A stretch of 64,000 nucleotides of DNA from a virus. Taxonomy: Duplodnaviria; Caudoviricetes. The stretch is taken from IMG/VR virus record IMGVR_UViG_2731957577_000001, positions 32,001 through 96,000 of that record, one strand, 5' to 3'. Below the pieces are notes generated by a model. It saw only the letters and a program-made list of their open reading frames with translations. It was not told the DNA's origin and searched no databases. Both the position numbers and the translations under genes were made by a program. Below are positions 48,077 to 56,962 of this stretch, in pieces; position 1 is the first letter of the stretch; every line of letters begins with the position of its first letter.

Positions 48077-51000
48077 ATGTGCAACCTGGTTCACCTGCAC
48101 GTTCACTCCGAGTTTAGTGAGTTGGACGGGCTCTCCAAGGTGCAAGACCTGGTGGCGCGTGCGAAAGAGATCGGGAGTACCGCCCTGGCCCTAACAGATC
48201 ATGGCGTCATGGGTGGTATTCCCGATTTTATCACCGCATGCGAACAAGCAGGAATCAAACCCATCCCGGGCGTCGAAGCGTATATGACGCGCAACCGGCT
48301 GCTCAAGGGCGAGTTTCTCAAGGAACGCCGGCTGGAGTTGTGCGAGAAATACAAGATCAAGGAGAAGGTCCTCAAGACCTTTATCCGCACCATCGAAAAG
48401 CAGCCGGCCAGCTTCATGGATGAAGCGACGGAACTACTCAAGGACTATCTCATGGCTCCGCCATCGGGCGACCTCTTTCATCTGACGTCGGGCGAGCTAT
48501 CCAAAGACGACGTTCTGAAAGAATTCCATCGGGAGGTCTATGACTATCTCTCGTATGACAACTATCACATCGTCCTGCTGGCGATGAACAATCAAGGGTT
48601 GGAGGATTTGTATGCCATCATCAGCGACGCTCATCTTCATGGATTCTATAGCGATCCTCGCACTGATCTTGCTTTTATTCGCGATCATGGGCTCGGGAAG
48701 AATCTCATTGCGACTTCGGCGTGCCTCGGCTCTTGGTTCGCTCGGCTGTGCCTTGCTGGGCTTATTGATGACGCTGTTGCTTTTATAGAAGAGTGCAAGG
48801 AGACGTTTCATGCGTTTTACCTGGAGAAACAAGCGACCCATCTGCCAGAGCAGATTCAGCTCAACCAGATCATCGACGATTTAGCGGCGCGGACAAACAC
48901 ACCGAAGATCATCACAACCGATGCGCATTATGCCCGCCAAGAGGACATCGACACGCATGACATCCTCATCTCGGTCAACTTCGGCAAGTGCGTCTTGGAT
49001 CCAGATCGCCTCCGTTACGCACCGGAATTCTGGATGAAATCCGAAGAGGAAGTGCGCAGCATTTGCGACGATGAGGAAGCCATTCTCAATACGAAGCGCA
49101 TTGCCGAGATGGTCAATGTCGCGCTTCCGAAGGAGCCGCTATTTCCAAAGTTCATTGTCGAAGAGGGAGACAGCCCGGAAGAGATTTTACGCAAGACAGC
49201 CTGGGATGCGCTGTTCCACTACGTCATCAAGAAGCCAGTGGACCTCGAGCGCTACTGTCAGCAGCTGGCCTATGAACTTGATGTCATTACAAGTCTTGGC
49301 TTTGCCGACTACTTTCTTGTGGTTTCGGACTACATACGCTGGGCGAAACAAAATGGGTATGAAGTCGGGCCTGGACGCGGGTCGGCCGCGGGTTCTCTGG
49401 TCGCATTCATGCTCGACATTACGACACTTGACCCCATCAAAAACAACCTGATGTTCGAGCGGTTCTTGAACCCCGAAAGAGCGGGGTATCCGGACATAGA
49501 TGCAGATTTCAGCTATGAGGCCGCCAAAGCGGTTCAACAGTATCTTAAAGACAAGTATGGCCAGGATCGGGTTGCACAGATTGGCACCTACGGCACCTTC
49601 GCCGCGCGGAAGGTCTGTCGTGCAGTGGGGAAGGCCCTTGGGTATAGCGATCAGGATCAGGACAAGTTTGCCAAGGCCATTCCGGCCAGACCCAACATCA
49701 CCCTCGAGGAAGCCTACAACGAAGAGCCGTTGGTCCAGGCCTACGCTCGCCAGCATCCTGACTGGTGGAACGCCATGAAGAAACTCGAAGGACACATCAG
49801 TCATCATGGTGTGCATGCTGGAGGCGTCGTCCTTTCTCCAGTCCCGTTAACGAAAGTGGTACCGCTTCGTCTGGATAGCGAAGGCCTTGCGACCACGCAA
49901 TACGATATGGAGTGGATTGAGAAGTTCCTGGTCAAGTTCGACATCTTGAAACTCGATACGCTGGATCTCATCAAGTACACCATGCAATACGCGGGCATCT
50001 ATGGGAAAGTCGATCTGAATGAAATTGATCTCAATGACCCGAAGGTGTACGAGGAGATCTACAACAAGCTGAATTTGGCCGGCATCTTTCAGTGCGAGTC
50101 GAAACTTTACCATGACATCATCTCCGCGATGAAGCCGAACTGCTTTGAGGATATCTCGGTCATCGTGGCGCTCGGCCGCCCAGGACCATTGGACCTCATC
50201 CCGGACTACATCGATCGGAAGTGGGGCCGAAAGAAAGTCGAGTACCCATTGCCTGAACTGGAGCCGATTCTCAAAGACACCTATGGAGTCTGGGTGTATC
50301 AAGAACAAATGATGCAGGCCAGCGTCATTCTCGGCGGACTCACACGCGGTCAGTCCGACATGATCCGAAAGGGTGTCGCCAAGAAAAAGCATGACCTCAT
50401 GCACAAGTGGATCGACCTGATGATCTACGGGTCTGAGCGGTACAAAGAGATGCGCCGCGAACACAATGCCATCGTCAATGCGATGAAAGCACGCGGGGAA
50501 GAGGTCCCGAAAGAGATGATGGACAAATACGATCCAGACCTGGATAAGGTTCCGTATGTGGAAGGTGCCATCAACCGGGGTTTTGATGAAGCCACCTTGC
50601 TCAAGATCAAAGAGGACTGGATCAAGTTCGGTAACTACTGCTTCAACCGCGCACACTCGGCTGCATACGCCAAGTTGTCGGTTCAAACGGCATGGCTCAA
50701 GACGTACTATCCTGTCGAGTTCATGGCGGCACTCCTGACCATTGCTGGTGACAAGAAGGCCAAGGATGGCACGCCAAAGACGGTCCTGTATATGCAGGAA
50801 TGCGAGAAGATGGGCATCAAGATTCTGCCGCCGGATATCAATGAATCCAACGCATCTTGGACACCCGTTGTCCATCCGGAAACGTACCAGAATCACCTCA
50901 AGGTCCACGTGGATCTGGGAACGAAGCCGGAAGAAGTGCAACTCAAGCCCGATGCCATTCGCTTTGGTCTGGGCGCCATTGCAGGGATCTCCAAAGAATC

Positions 51001-51547
51001 GGTCGATGAGATCATCAAATATCGTCCGTATACCTCGGTCGATGATGTCGTCGAACGGGTCAGCAGCCGCAAGATCAACAAGAGCAAGATTGTGGCTTTG
51101 ATCAAATCGGGCGCCTTTGACTCGATCAACCCAAACCGAAATCTCTTATGGCGCAATTACATCAAGAGTCGCGGGGAGGACTACGAGGCGATTCCAGCCC
51201 GCACCACCAAGAAAGACATCATGAGCTATGAGCGGGAGTATCTTGGCACCCTCATTACCGTACAGACCCGCTGGGACACGATTCCCAACGGGAAGGAAGA
51301 CGTACAGATCACGGGCTATGTCCTGAAGGTTGAGCCCTTTACGGCCAAGAAAACCGGTAAAGAACATTGCCGAGTCCTCGTGGAGACGCAAGAGGACGAG
51401 CGAAATGTCCTCGTATTCGGGACCAAATGGCAGCAACATAAAGGCCGCTTGGCACCCGGGCTGAAGGTCATTATCAAAGGCAAGAAGTCTGGCGAGGACC
51501 TTTTGGCAGATTCCATTCACTATGTCATGGCTGGGGTGAGCGCATGA
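48077..51547 (+). CDS. dnaE: DNA polymerase III alpha subunit (DnaE type)
   Basis: HLHVHSEFS.LDG, TDHG, GPGRGSAAGSLV, FERFLNPER..PDIDADF, KFDIL, YCFNRAHS, OB-fold end. Confidence 0.97.
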   Translation: MCNLVHLHVHSEFSELDGLSKVQDLVARAKEIGSTALALTDHGVMGGIPDFITACEQAGIKPIPGVEAYMTRNRLLKGEFLKERRLELCEKYKIKEKVLKTFIRTIEKQPASFMDEATELLKDYLMAPPSGDLFHLTSGELSKDDVLKEFHREVYDYLSYDNYHIVLLAMNNQGLEDLYAIISDAHLHGFYSDPRTDLAFIRDHGLGKNLIATSACLGSWFARLCLAGLIDDAVAFIEECKETFHAFYLEKQATHLPEQIQLNQIIDDLAARTNTPKIITTDAHYARQEDIDTHDILISVNFGKCVLDPDRLRYAPEFWMKSEEEVRSICDDEEAILNTKRIAEMVNVALPKEPLFPKFIVEEGDSPEEILRKTAWDALFHYVIKKPVDLERYCQQLAYELDVITSLGFADYFLVVSDYIRWAKQNGYEVGPGRGSAAGSLVAFMLDITTLDPIKNNLMFERFLNPERAGYPDIDADFSYEAAKAVQQYLKDKYGQDRVAQIGTYGTFAARKVCRAVGKALGYSDQDQDKFAKAIPARPNITLEEAYNEEPLVQAYARQHPDWWNAMKKLEGHISHHGVHAGGVVLSPVPLTKVVPLRLDSEGLATTQYDMEWIEKFLVKFDILKLDTLDLIKYTMQYAGIYGKVDLNEIDLNDPKVYEEIYNKLNLAGIFQCESKLYHDIISAMKPNCFEDISVIVALGRPGPLDLIPDYIDRKWGRKKVEYPLPELEPILKDTYGVWVYQEQMMQASVILGGLTRGQSDMIRKGVAKKKHDLMHKWIDLMIYGSERYKEMRREHNAIVNAMKARGEEVPKEMMDKYDPDLDKVPYVEGAINRGFDEATLLKIKEDWIKFGNYCFNRAHSAAYAKLSVQTAWLKTYYPVEFMAALLTIAGDKKAKDGTPKTVLYMQECEKMGIKILPPDINESNASWTPVVHPETYQNHLKVHVDLGTKPEEVQLKPDAIRFGLGAIAGISKESVDEIIKYRPYTSVDDVVERVSSRKINKSKIVALIKSGAFDSINPNRNLLWRNYIKSRGEDYEAIPARTTKKDIMSYEREYLGTLITVQTRWDTIPNGKEDVQITGYVLKVEPFTAKKTGKEHCRVLVETQEDERNVLVFGTKWQQHKGRLAPGLKVIIKGKKSGEDLLADSIHYVMAGVSA

Positions 51548-51723
51548 TTCGACGATTCAAGTGCTGGCTCTTTGGACACGACTGGCGCTTCTCTCATTAT
51601 GGGAATCTGTATCATCGTTTCGAGCGGTGCGCGAGATGTGATACCATCCGCGATTTAGGGTGGGATGACGACTATGCAAGGTCTGTGGAGATGTGGGTAT
51701 GGAACTCATCGAGGCTTATCTGA
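51544..51723 (+). CDS. DUF1660-like small phage Zn-binding protein (59 aa, absent from ORF track)
   Basis: ATGA overlap with dnaE stop; MIRRFKCWLFGHDW...CARC. Confidence 0.7.
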   Translation: MIRRFKCWLFGHDWRFSHYGNLYHRFERCARCDTIRDLGWDDDYARSVEMWVWNSSRLI

Positions 51724-52061
51724 GAACAACCATTGATAGCTGTCAGTTTTGGATCTCGGATCGAAGCTATGCGCCTTGGGAAATTAACTGTGAATACATT
51801 GAAATCAACTACCATCCCACAGACCCACTTGATTGTTCCGGTATCATCTGCATCCAAAAAGACGTAATGCAAGAAGTAGTTCAATACGCAGAGGGATGGC
51901 AGGTGAGGCCTTCTACATTGATCCTGTGTTATGAAAACGGGGATATGGTGCCCTATGAAGTCATGTCCCTCAACATTGAAGAGTACCAAGGCGACTCTGT
52001 CCAGTTCCGGTTCACGGCCAAACGAGGAGAGGACACATGGAACTTATCACAAGATATCTGA
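51699..52061 (+). CDS. MEL-motif protein 6
   Basis: GGAG RBS; starts MELIEAYL. Confidence 0.75.
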   Translation: MELIEAYLRTTIDSCQFWISDRSYAPWEINCEYIEINYHPTDPLDCSGIICIQKDVMQEVVQYAEGWQVRPSTLILCYENGDMVPYEVMSLNIEEYQGDSVQFRFTAKRGEDTWNLSQDI

Positions 52062-52489
52062 GGGCCCGCCAACCTCATTATCAACCATTCCTTGCTGCGG
52101 GATACCAGCGATGTGTGGCGCGAAGAGGCGACCATGCGATCGACGTATTCATCAATCCAGCTTCTTTTTTAGCCACGTGTGAAGAGAGGAGGCTTATGTT
52201 CGATCGAGAGGGTTATCGCATCCATCCCGGAACCCTCCTGGGAGGCAGCGCCTCCTTCTCGATGGGCTTTGAATCGCGCGAGGATCTAGACTTGTGGTTT
52301 GGCCTTATAAATGGTCATACCTTTGATCTGGAACTCTGGCACGCGACATTGACGGGATGCTACGTCATCAGCTATTCCACGAGTCACGAAGTCATCCCTC
52401 AAAATCACACCGACAATCGCGTGATGGAGTACCAGGTTTGCGTATGTTTTCAGCATCTCGCTTTGAAACCAAACAAATTTGTGTCATAA
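52037..52489 (+). CDS. MEL-motif protein 7
   Basis: GAGGAGAGG RBS; starts MELITRYL. Confidence 0.75.
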   Translation: MELITRYLRARQPHYQPFLAAGYQRCVARRGDHAIDVFINPASFLATCEERRLMFDREGYRIHPGTLLGGSASFSMGFESREDLDLWFGLINGHTFDLELWHATLTGCYVISYSTSHEVIPQNHTDNRVMEYQVCVCFQHLALKPNKFVS

Positions 52490-52507
52490 TGTATGCAATG
52501 TATTACA
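52463..52507 (+). promoter_or_regulatory. Promoter with operator at +1
   Basis: TTGAAA-16-CATAAT with TG extension; TGCAATGTATTACA at 52494-52507. Confidence 0.65.
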
Positions 52508-52527
52508 TGAAAGGGAGGCGTCCTTTT

Positions 52528-52854
52528 TTGGAACTGAATGAGTATCAAGAGCTGGCATCACGAACCGCGAGGACGGACCGCCCCTTCTTACAGACGGTGG
52601 CCAACTTTGCACTCGGCGTAGCCGGTGAAGCAGGAGAAGTGGTCGATGAGGTCAAGAAGCTCATCTATCATGGCCATCCTCTGGATAAAGACAAGATGAA
52701 GAAGGAACTGGGCGATGTCCTATGGTACACATCCCAACTGGCCCGAGCCTTCGGGATTGAGTTGGATGACATCGCCATCACAAACCTTGAAAAACTGAAA
52801 GCCCGATATCCAGACGGGTTCTCAGAGGAAAGGAGCCTTCATCGAACTGTATGA
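52528..52854 (+). CDS. MazG-like NTP pyrophosphohydrolase
   Basis: GGGAGG RBS then TTG; LGVAGEAGEVVDEVKK...ELGDVLWY...NLEKLKARYPDGF. Confidence 0.92.
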   Translation: MELNEYQELASRTARTDRPFLQTVANFALGVAGEAGEVVDEVKKLIYHGHPLDKDKMKKELGDVLWYTSQLARAFGIELDDIAITNLEKLKARYPDGFSEERSLHRTV

Positions 52855-52936
52855 GCAAGCCAGGTTTTCGCTGTGGATAGAGCGAGGATGAAGATGGGAA
52901 GCGGGAGGACGACCAGGGATTTATGAGGTGAGACTC

Positions 52937-53248
52937 ATGAATCCAAAGGAACTGATCTGGTATGACAAAGGGGACACCGTGATCGTCATCGATCCACTCT
53001 CTCCTTATGATGGATGGATCGGGACCATTGAAGTCGCCAATCCCAAGAAGATGCGATATCTGGTTGCCTTTGAACACAAGAGGGTCAAGGACACCTTCTG
53101 GTATAACCAGATCCGACCCTACCGCTCTAAGGAAGATTTATTGGCCATGATTGATCTGGCCCTGGCTTTAGGGCCGGCTGCAGAATGGATGTTCCATGAC
53201 TGGGTAATCGAGTTGCACACCCGATTTCCAGAAACCCGAGGGAACTAG
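52937..53248 (+). CDS. SH3/KOW-like plus IDEAL-domain protein
   Basis: KGDTV...GWIGTI; LLAMIDLALALG..EWMF. Confidence 0.6.
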   Translation: MNPKELIWYDKGDTVIVIDPLSPYDGWIGTIEVANPKKMRYLVAFEHKRVKDTFWYNQIRPYRSKEDLLAMIDLALALGPAAEWMFHDWVIELHTRFPETRGN

Positions 53249-53288
53249 CAAAGGGGATGCAGGGGTTGTGACTTCGGGAGGGTAATAG

Positions 53289-54548
53289 ATGAGCTGGACT
53301 TGGACATCAGAAGAAGGACGCAGGGCACTTCAAAAAGCCATTGAGCTACGCGAAGATGGACTTTCTTACAATCAGGTAGCCACCATCATCAACTCGAGTT
53401 TCGATGCTCGAGTCACAGGAGAAGCGGTACGGCGCGCACTTCACCGCCACGGACACTTGTTGGAGCCAAGCCTGAACCCAGAAGAAGATGACGAAGAAGC
53501 TATCCGACGCATGATTGAAGACGCCAAAGAAAAGGCACGGGAAGAGCGGGACAAGAAACTCGTCAGTCAGCTCTTGCGCGAAAGAGGACGAACCGAACTG
53601 ATTCTGGAGACGTTCCGAAACTGTATTGAAGCGTTCCCAAAGGTGAAACTTCAGCCGCCCAAACCTGTGGCGCTTCGCAAAGATCCGGAAGAAGCTCTGT
53701 TGCTATTCAGTGACGCGCAGATTGGCGAGAAGATCACCTTGGAAGAGACCAATGGTCTTGGCGCCTACAACATTGACATCTTCCAACACCGCATGCGTCA
53801 TCTCACAAATGAAGTCCGACGCATCGCCCGGGAACAGAGCCTGGCACACCCGATCCGGAAACTCAACATCGCGATGCTGGGCGATAACGTCGATGGAATC
53901 AACGTCTACCGCGGCCAGGTGCATCACCTCGATGTCATGATCGTCGACCAGTTCCTCATTGGAACCTGGGAAATCGCCAAGTCTTTGGTCGCCTTGCTCG
54001 ACACGTTTGACGAGATCGAGATCTGGGGCATCGTTGGGAATCACGGGCGCATCGGAAAGAAGGGTGAGAACCCGAGCCATATCAACTGGGACTACATCAT
54101 GTACAAGATTATGAAGAGGTTGCTCGATGAGAACTACGGAGACCGGATTAAGTGGAACATTCCCGTATCCAACTGGACCCTGGCCGAGATTAACGGGCAT
54201 AACTTCTTGTTCTTGCACGGCGATACGATCAAGGGATGGAATGGCCTTCCGTACTACGGCATCGACCGCGCAGACTCTCGGTTGACGAAGATGTTGGCGG
54301 CACATGGACGGTTCTTCCGGTACCTGTGCCTGGGCCATCACCATAACCCGGCGGAGATTGACAGCCCCGGCGGCGAGAAGATTCTCAATGGCACAATGGT
54401 CGGTGGCTCCGAGTTTTCCATCAACCAGCTTCATACCTCGAGTCTGCCGAGCCAGTGGTTCTTTGGCGTCAGCCAAGAGCAAGGCATTACGTGGCGCCAT
54501 AAGATTCTCCTGAATGTGTTTCCCGACGCCAGGGAGGAAAGTGCATGA
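53289..54548 (+). CDS. Calcineurin-like metallophosphoesterase with N-terminal HTH
   Basis: FSDAQIG, LGDNVDG, GNHGR, HGD, GHHH motifs; GLSYNQVA HTH-like start. Confidence 0.88.
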   Translation: MSWTWTSEEGRRALQKAIELREDGLSYNQVATIINSSFDARVTGEAVRRALHRHGHLLEPSLNPEEDDEEAIRRMIEDAKEKAREERDKKLVSQLLRERGRTELILETFRNCIEAFPKVKLQPPKPVALRKDPEEALLLFSDAQIGEKITLEETNGLGAYNIDIFQHRMRHLTNEVRRIAREQSLAHPIRKLNIAMLGDNVDGINVYRGQVHHLDVMIVDQFLIGTWEIAKSLVALLDTFDEIEIWGIVGNHGRIGKKGENPSHINWDYIMYKIMKRLLDENYGDRIKWNIPVSNWTLAEINGHNFLFLHGDTIKGWNGLPYYGIDRADSRLTKMLAAHGRFFRYLCLGHHHNPAEIDSPGGEKILNGTMVGGSEFSINQLHTSSLPSQWFFGVSQEQGITWRHKILLNVFPDAREESA

Positions 54549-54766
54549 AGCGATATTTACCGACGCTCATCCGCCAAGGACGGATTCTGATTCTACTGGC
54601 CATCGCGATTTTCATTGCAAAGATGTGGGGACAGACCTATGCATTTCTGTTCCTGGCCTACTGGATCCTGTGTGATCTCTCGGATATTGAGACCGAGCTC
54701 ATCGAACAAAAAGAAAGGCGTGAACAGTTGTGGAACAATATCTTTCCTACTCGAAAGCCTTTTTAG
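54545..54766 (+). CDS. Small membrane protein
   Basis: GGAGG RBS; ATGA overlap; two hydrophobic segments. Confidence 0.65.
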   Translation: MKRYLPTLIRQGRILILLAIAIFIAKMWGQTYAFLFLAYWILCDLSDIETELIEQKERREQLWNNIFPTRKPF

Positions 54767-54966
54767 CCGCCTTGCAGTCCGCCATGACCAAAGAGGAACT
54801 CGACAACTGCATGGCCTGTGCAGAGGAGATTTATCAAGCGATAACGCCAATCATTGAGAAGCACAATCTCAATATCCGAGAGGCGCTGAACACCGTGGTG
54901 GCTGTCAACACAACCGTCGTGGAACTGGCAAAGGAACAGATGGAAGAACGGAGGAATGTCCAATGA
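54730..54966 (+). CDS. Hypothetical protein
   Basis: Fits overlapping gene chain. Confidence 0.55.
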   Translation: MEQYLSYSKAFLAALQSAMTKEELDNCMACAEEIYQAITPIIEKHNLNIREALNTVVAVNTTVVELAKEQMEERRNVQ

Positions 54967-55259
54967 TGAAAGAACTGATTGTCGGAGAGATTCTCACGCA
55001 GTTGGCCGCGGCCAATGCTCAACTCACCGAGATCGCCAGGGCAATCGAACAAAACTGCGAGTCGATGCGGGATGTGATAGATGTCGTCTTGGCTGAAGAG
55101 GAAGACGAGGCTGACCTGTCTCCCGAAGACGAAGCTACAGAGAGTGTTCTCCATGAACTGTTTCAGTCCCTGCCTCCGGGAACTCAAGTGATCGCTGTCG
55201 ATCCAGATGACTTTCTGGATTTCATTCGGAAAAACAACTTCGACGTATCGGAGGATTGA
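54963..55259 (+). CDS. Hypothetical acidic protein
   Basis: GGAGG RBS; ATGA overlap. Confidence 0.65.
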   Translation: MMKELIVGEILTQLAAANAQLTEIARAIEQNCESMRDVIDVVLAEEEDEADLSPEDEATESVLHELFQSLPPGTQVIAVDPDDFLDFIRKNNFDVSED

Positions 55260-55261
55260 AT

Positions 55262-55864
55262 ATGTACCTGATTGCCTTAGAGGGACTGGACAAAAGCGGG
55301 AAGGCCACACAGGTACAGCTGCTTCAGGATCGACTCGAGAAGGGCGGCAAGAAGGTCACCACGATGGACTTTCATCGCTACGATACGCCAACCGGACAAC
55401 TCATCATGAAATGGCTCAGAAGGGAATGGGAGGTCTCCCAGGAGACCATTGAGTTAATCATGACGGCCGATAAGCAGGCCCAACAGGAGAACTTCCAGCG
55501 ACTCGAACAAGAAGGATATGACTTTCTCGTCTTAGACCGGTATACCCTGAGTCAAATCGTTTACTCTCAAGCCGCAGGCATTGAATGGCTATGGACACTG
55601 GCATTGCAAAGCCACCTACGTCAACCGGATCTCGACATCTATATCGACATCACACCCGAAGAGTCCATGCGGCGCAAGGGCAAATGGGGCGAGAATGACC
55701 GTTACGAAAGCGACTTAGCCTTCCTGAAGAGAGTACGCGAGAATTACCTGAGTTACGTCGATAAAATTCACTCTACCAGTGTCGCCATTGTCGATGGGAT
55801 GGCCAGTATCAAACAGGTCCATGAAGCCATTTGGTCCTATGTATCCAACGAATTCCTTCATTAA
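55262..55864 (+). CDS. tmk: Thymidylate (dTMP) kinase
   Basis: EGLDKSGKATQ P-loop, VLDRY, PDLDIYIDI, DRYE. Confidence 0.93.
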   Translation: MYLIALEGLDKSGKATQVQLLQDRLEKGGKKVTTMDFHRYDTPTGQLIMKWLRREWEVSQETIELIMTADKQAQQENFQRLEQEGYDFLVLDRYTLSQIVYSQAAGIEWLWTLALQSHLRQPDLDIYIDITPEESMRRKGKWGENDRYESDLAFLKRVRENYLSYVDKIHSTSVAIVDGMASIKQVHEAIWSYVSNEFLH

Positions 55865-55877
55865 ATATCAAATATCG

Positions 55878-55899
55878 ACCCTCCTCGAGAGGGTTTTTT
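55878..55899 (+). terminator. Intrinsic terminator
   Basis: ACCCTC-CTCGA-GAGGGT then T run. Confidence 0.7.
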
Positions 55900-55952
55900 C
55901 TTGATTTTGTCGAAGAAGAAAAACATGGTGATCATTCCTCGGAGGTGCCAGT

Positions 55953-56708
55953 ATGAAGAAAGTTGTTGGGTATGGATTGGCCTTCATCCTTGGTCTCGTC
56001 ATGAGCGGTAGTACGGCTCTTGCCGCAACAAAGACGGCAAATGATACTTATCCTACAGTCGTCAAGTTGCCACCGAAGAACGTCAAATTCAACAAACCAC
56101 CCTATATAATTCCTTGGGGTCCCGACCATAACTCTAAGGGTGTCATCAACACGTTCTACTATAGGTCCTATTACGAAGTGATGGGGAATCCGACCTCAGC
56201 CATGATAAAGGCTGCTCAAACCGGCTTCACGTATGCTCGCACCCATGACAAGAGCCTCACGGTCGGAAAAGACACCATTAATTTTCACTGGGTGGGCGTC
56301 GGAGACTGGGACGGCTACCTTTGGGATGGTGATGGGTGGTGTACTTTCTATGTGAAGATCGACGACAATGACTGGGGACACTTAACCCATATGTTCAAGA
56401 CCTATAAGAAGAAACAGATCATTGCCGCATGGGACAAAATCTGTAAGGACGTGTACAACCATTCCGTGGCTATCAAGAACGGACTGGAGGGCGTCGGAGT
56501 CGAATTCGACTACAATGGCATCCTTCACTCCAACCCGACCCCGTACTTAAACCCAAATACCACGAGCGAGGGGAATCAGTATCACAAGTTCGCAAAAAAT
56601 AGCTGGCGCATGAACTTGAATGTGGTCAATTACATCGGAAGTCGGGATAGCAAACAATCCGAAGTGGCTCCTCCAGTCATTGTTGGGGACATCAGAAGTC
56701 ACAACTAA
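55953..56708 (+). CDS. Secreted protein of unknown function
   Basis: Sec-type signal MKKVVGYGLAFILGLVMSGSTALA; GGAGGTG RBS. Confidence 0.75.
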   Translation: MKKVVGYGLAFILGLVMSGSTALAATKTANDTYPTVVKLPPKNVKFNKPPYIIPWGPDHNSKGVINTFYYRSYYEVMGNPTSAMIKAAQTGFTYARTHDKSLTVGKDTINFHWVGVGDWDGYLWDGDGWCTFYVKIDDNDWGHLTHMFKTYKKKQIIAAWDKICKDVYNHSVAIKNGLEGVGVEFDYNGILHSNPTPYLNPNTTSEGNQYHKFAKNSWRMNLNVVNYIGSRDSKQSEVAPPVIVGDIRSHN

Positions 56709-56776
56709 TCCGGCCAGGAAACATCCTCAGACGAAACCGAGGAGTAACCAAACCGGTTACGCGCTGATACTGTTGA

Positions 56777-56800
56777 CCCGCTTCGGCGGGGTTTTCTTTT
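56777..56800 (+). terminator. Intrinsic terminator
   Basis: CCCGC-TTCG-GCGGG then GTTTTCTTTT. Confidence 0.85.
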
Positions 56801-56962
56801 GTCGTAACGAAAAACCCGTCCATTAACGGTACTCGAACAAAATAAGTTTACATAAGCTTTCTTATCGGACGTTCAAAAAATGGAAAGGAGGAAGTGTTTC
56901 CACTCCCCATCGGATTGCAGTCCGAGCCCCAGACTCTCGGGGAACCGGATGCCGCATGATGA

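Noticed and set aside
48077-51547. Inteins or introns in dnaE, nrdJ or dnaB
   Set aside because: ORFs are continuous, of ordinary length, without splice-junction motifs
56709-56776. Possible ribozyme in the 3' UTR hairpins
   Set aside because: No complete hammerhead core (CUGAnGA...GAAA) in the right order; only two small hairpins
56885-56960. tRNA-Cys-like hairpin (TCGGA-CTGCAA-TCCGA on minus)
   Set aside because: Loop is only 6 nt; no T-loop (TTCGA) or closing acceptor stem
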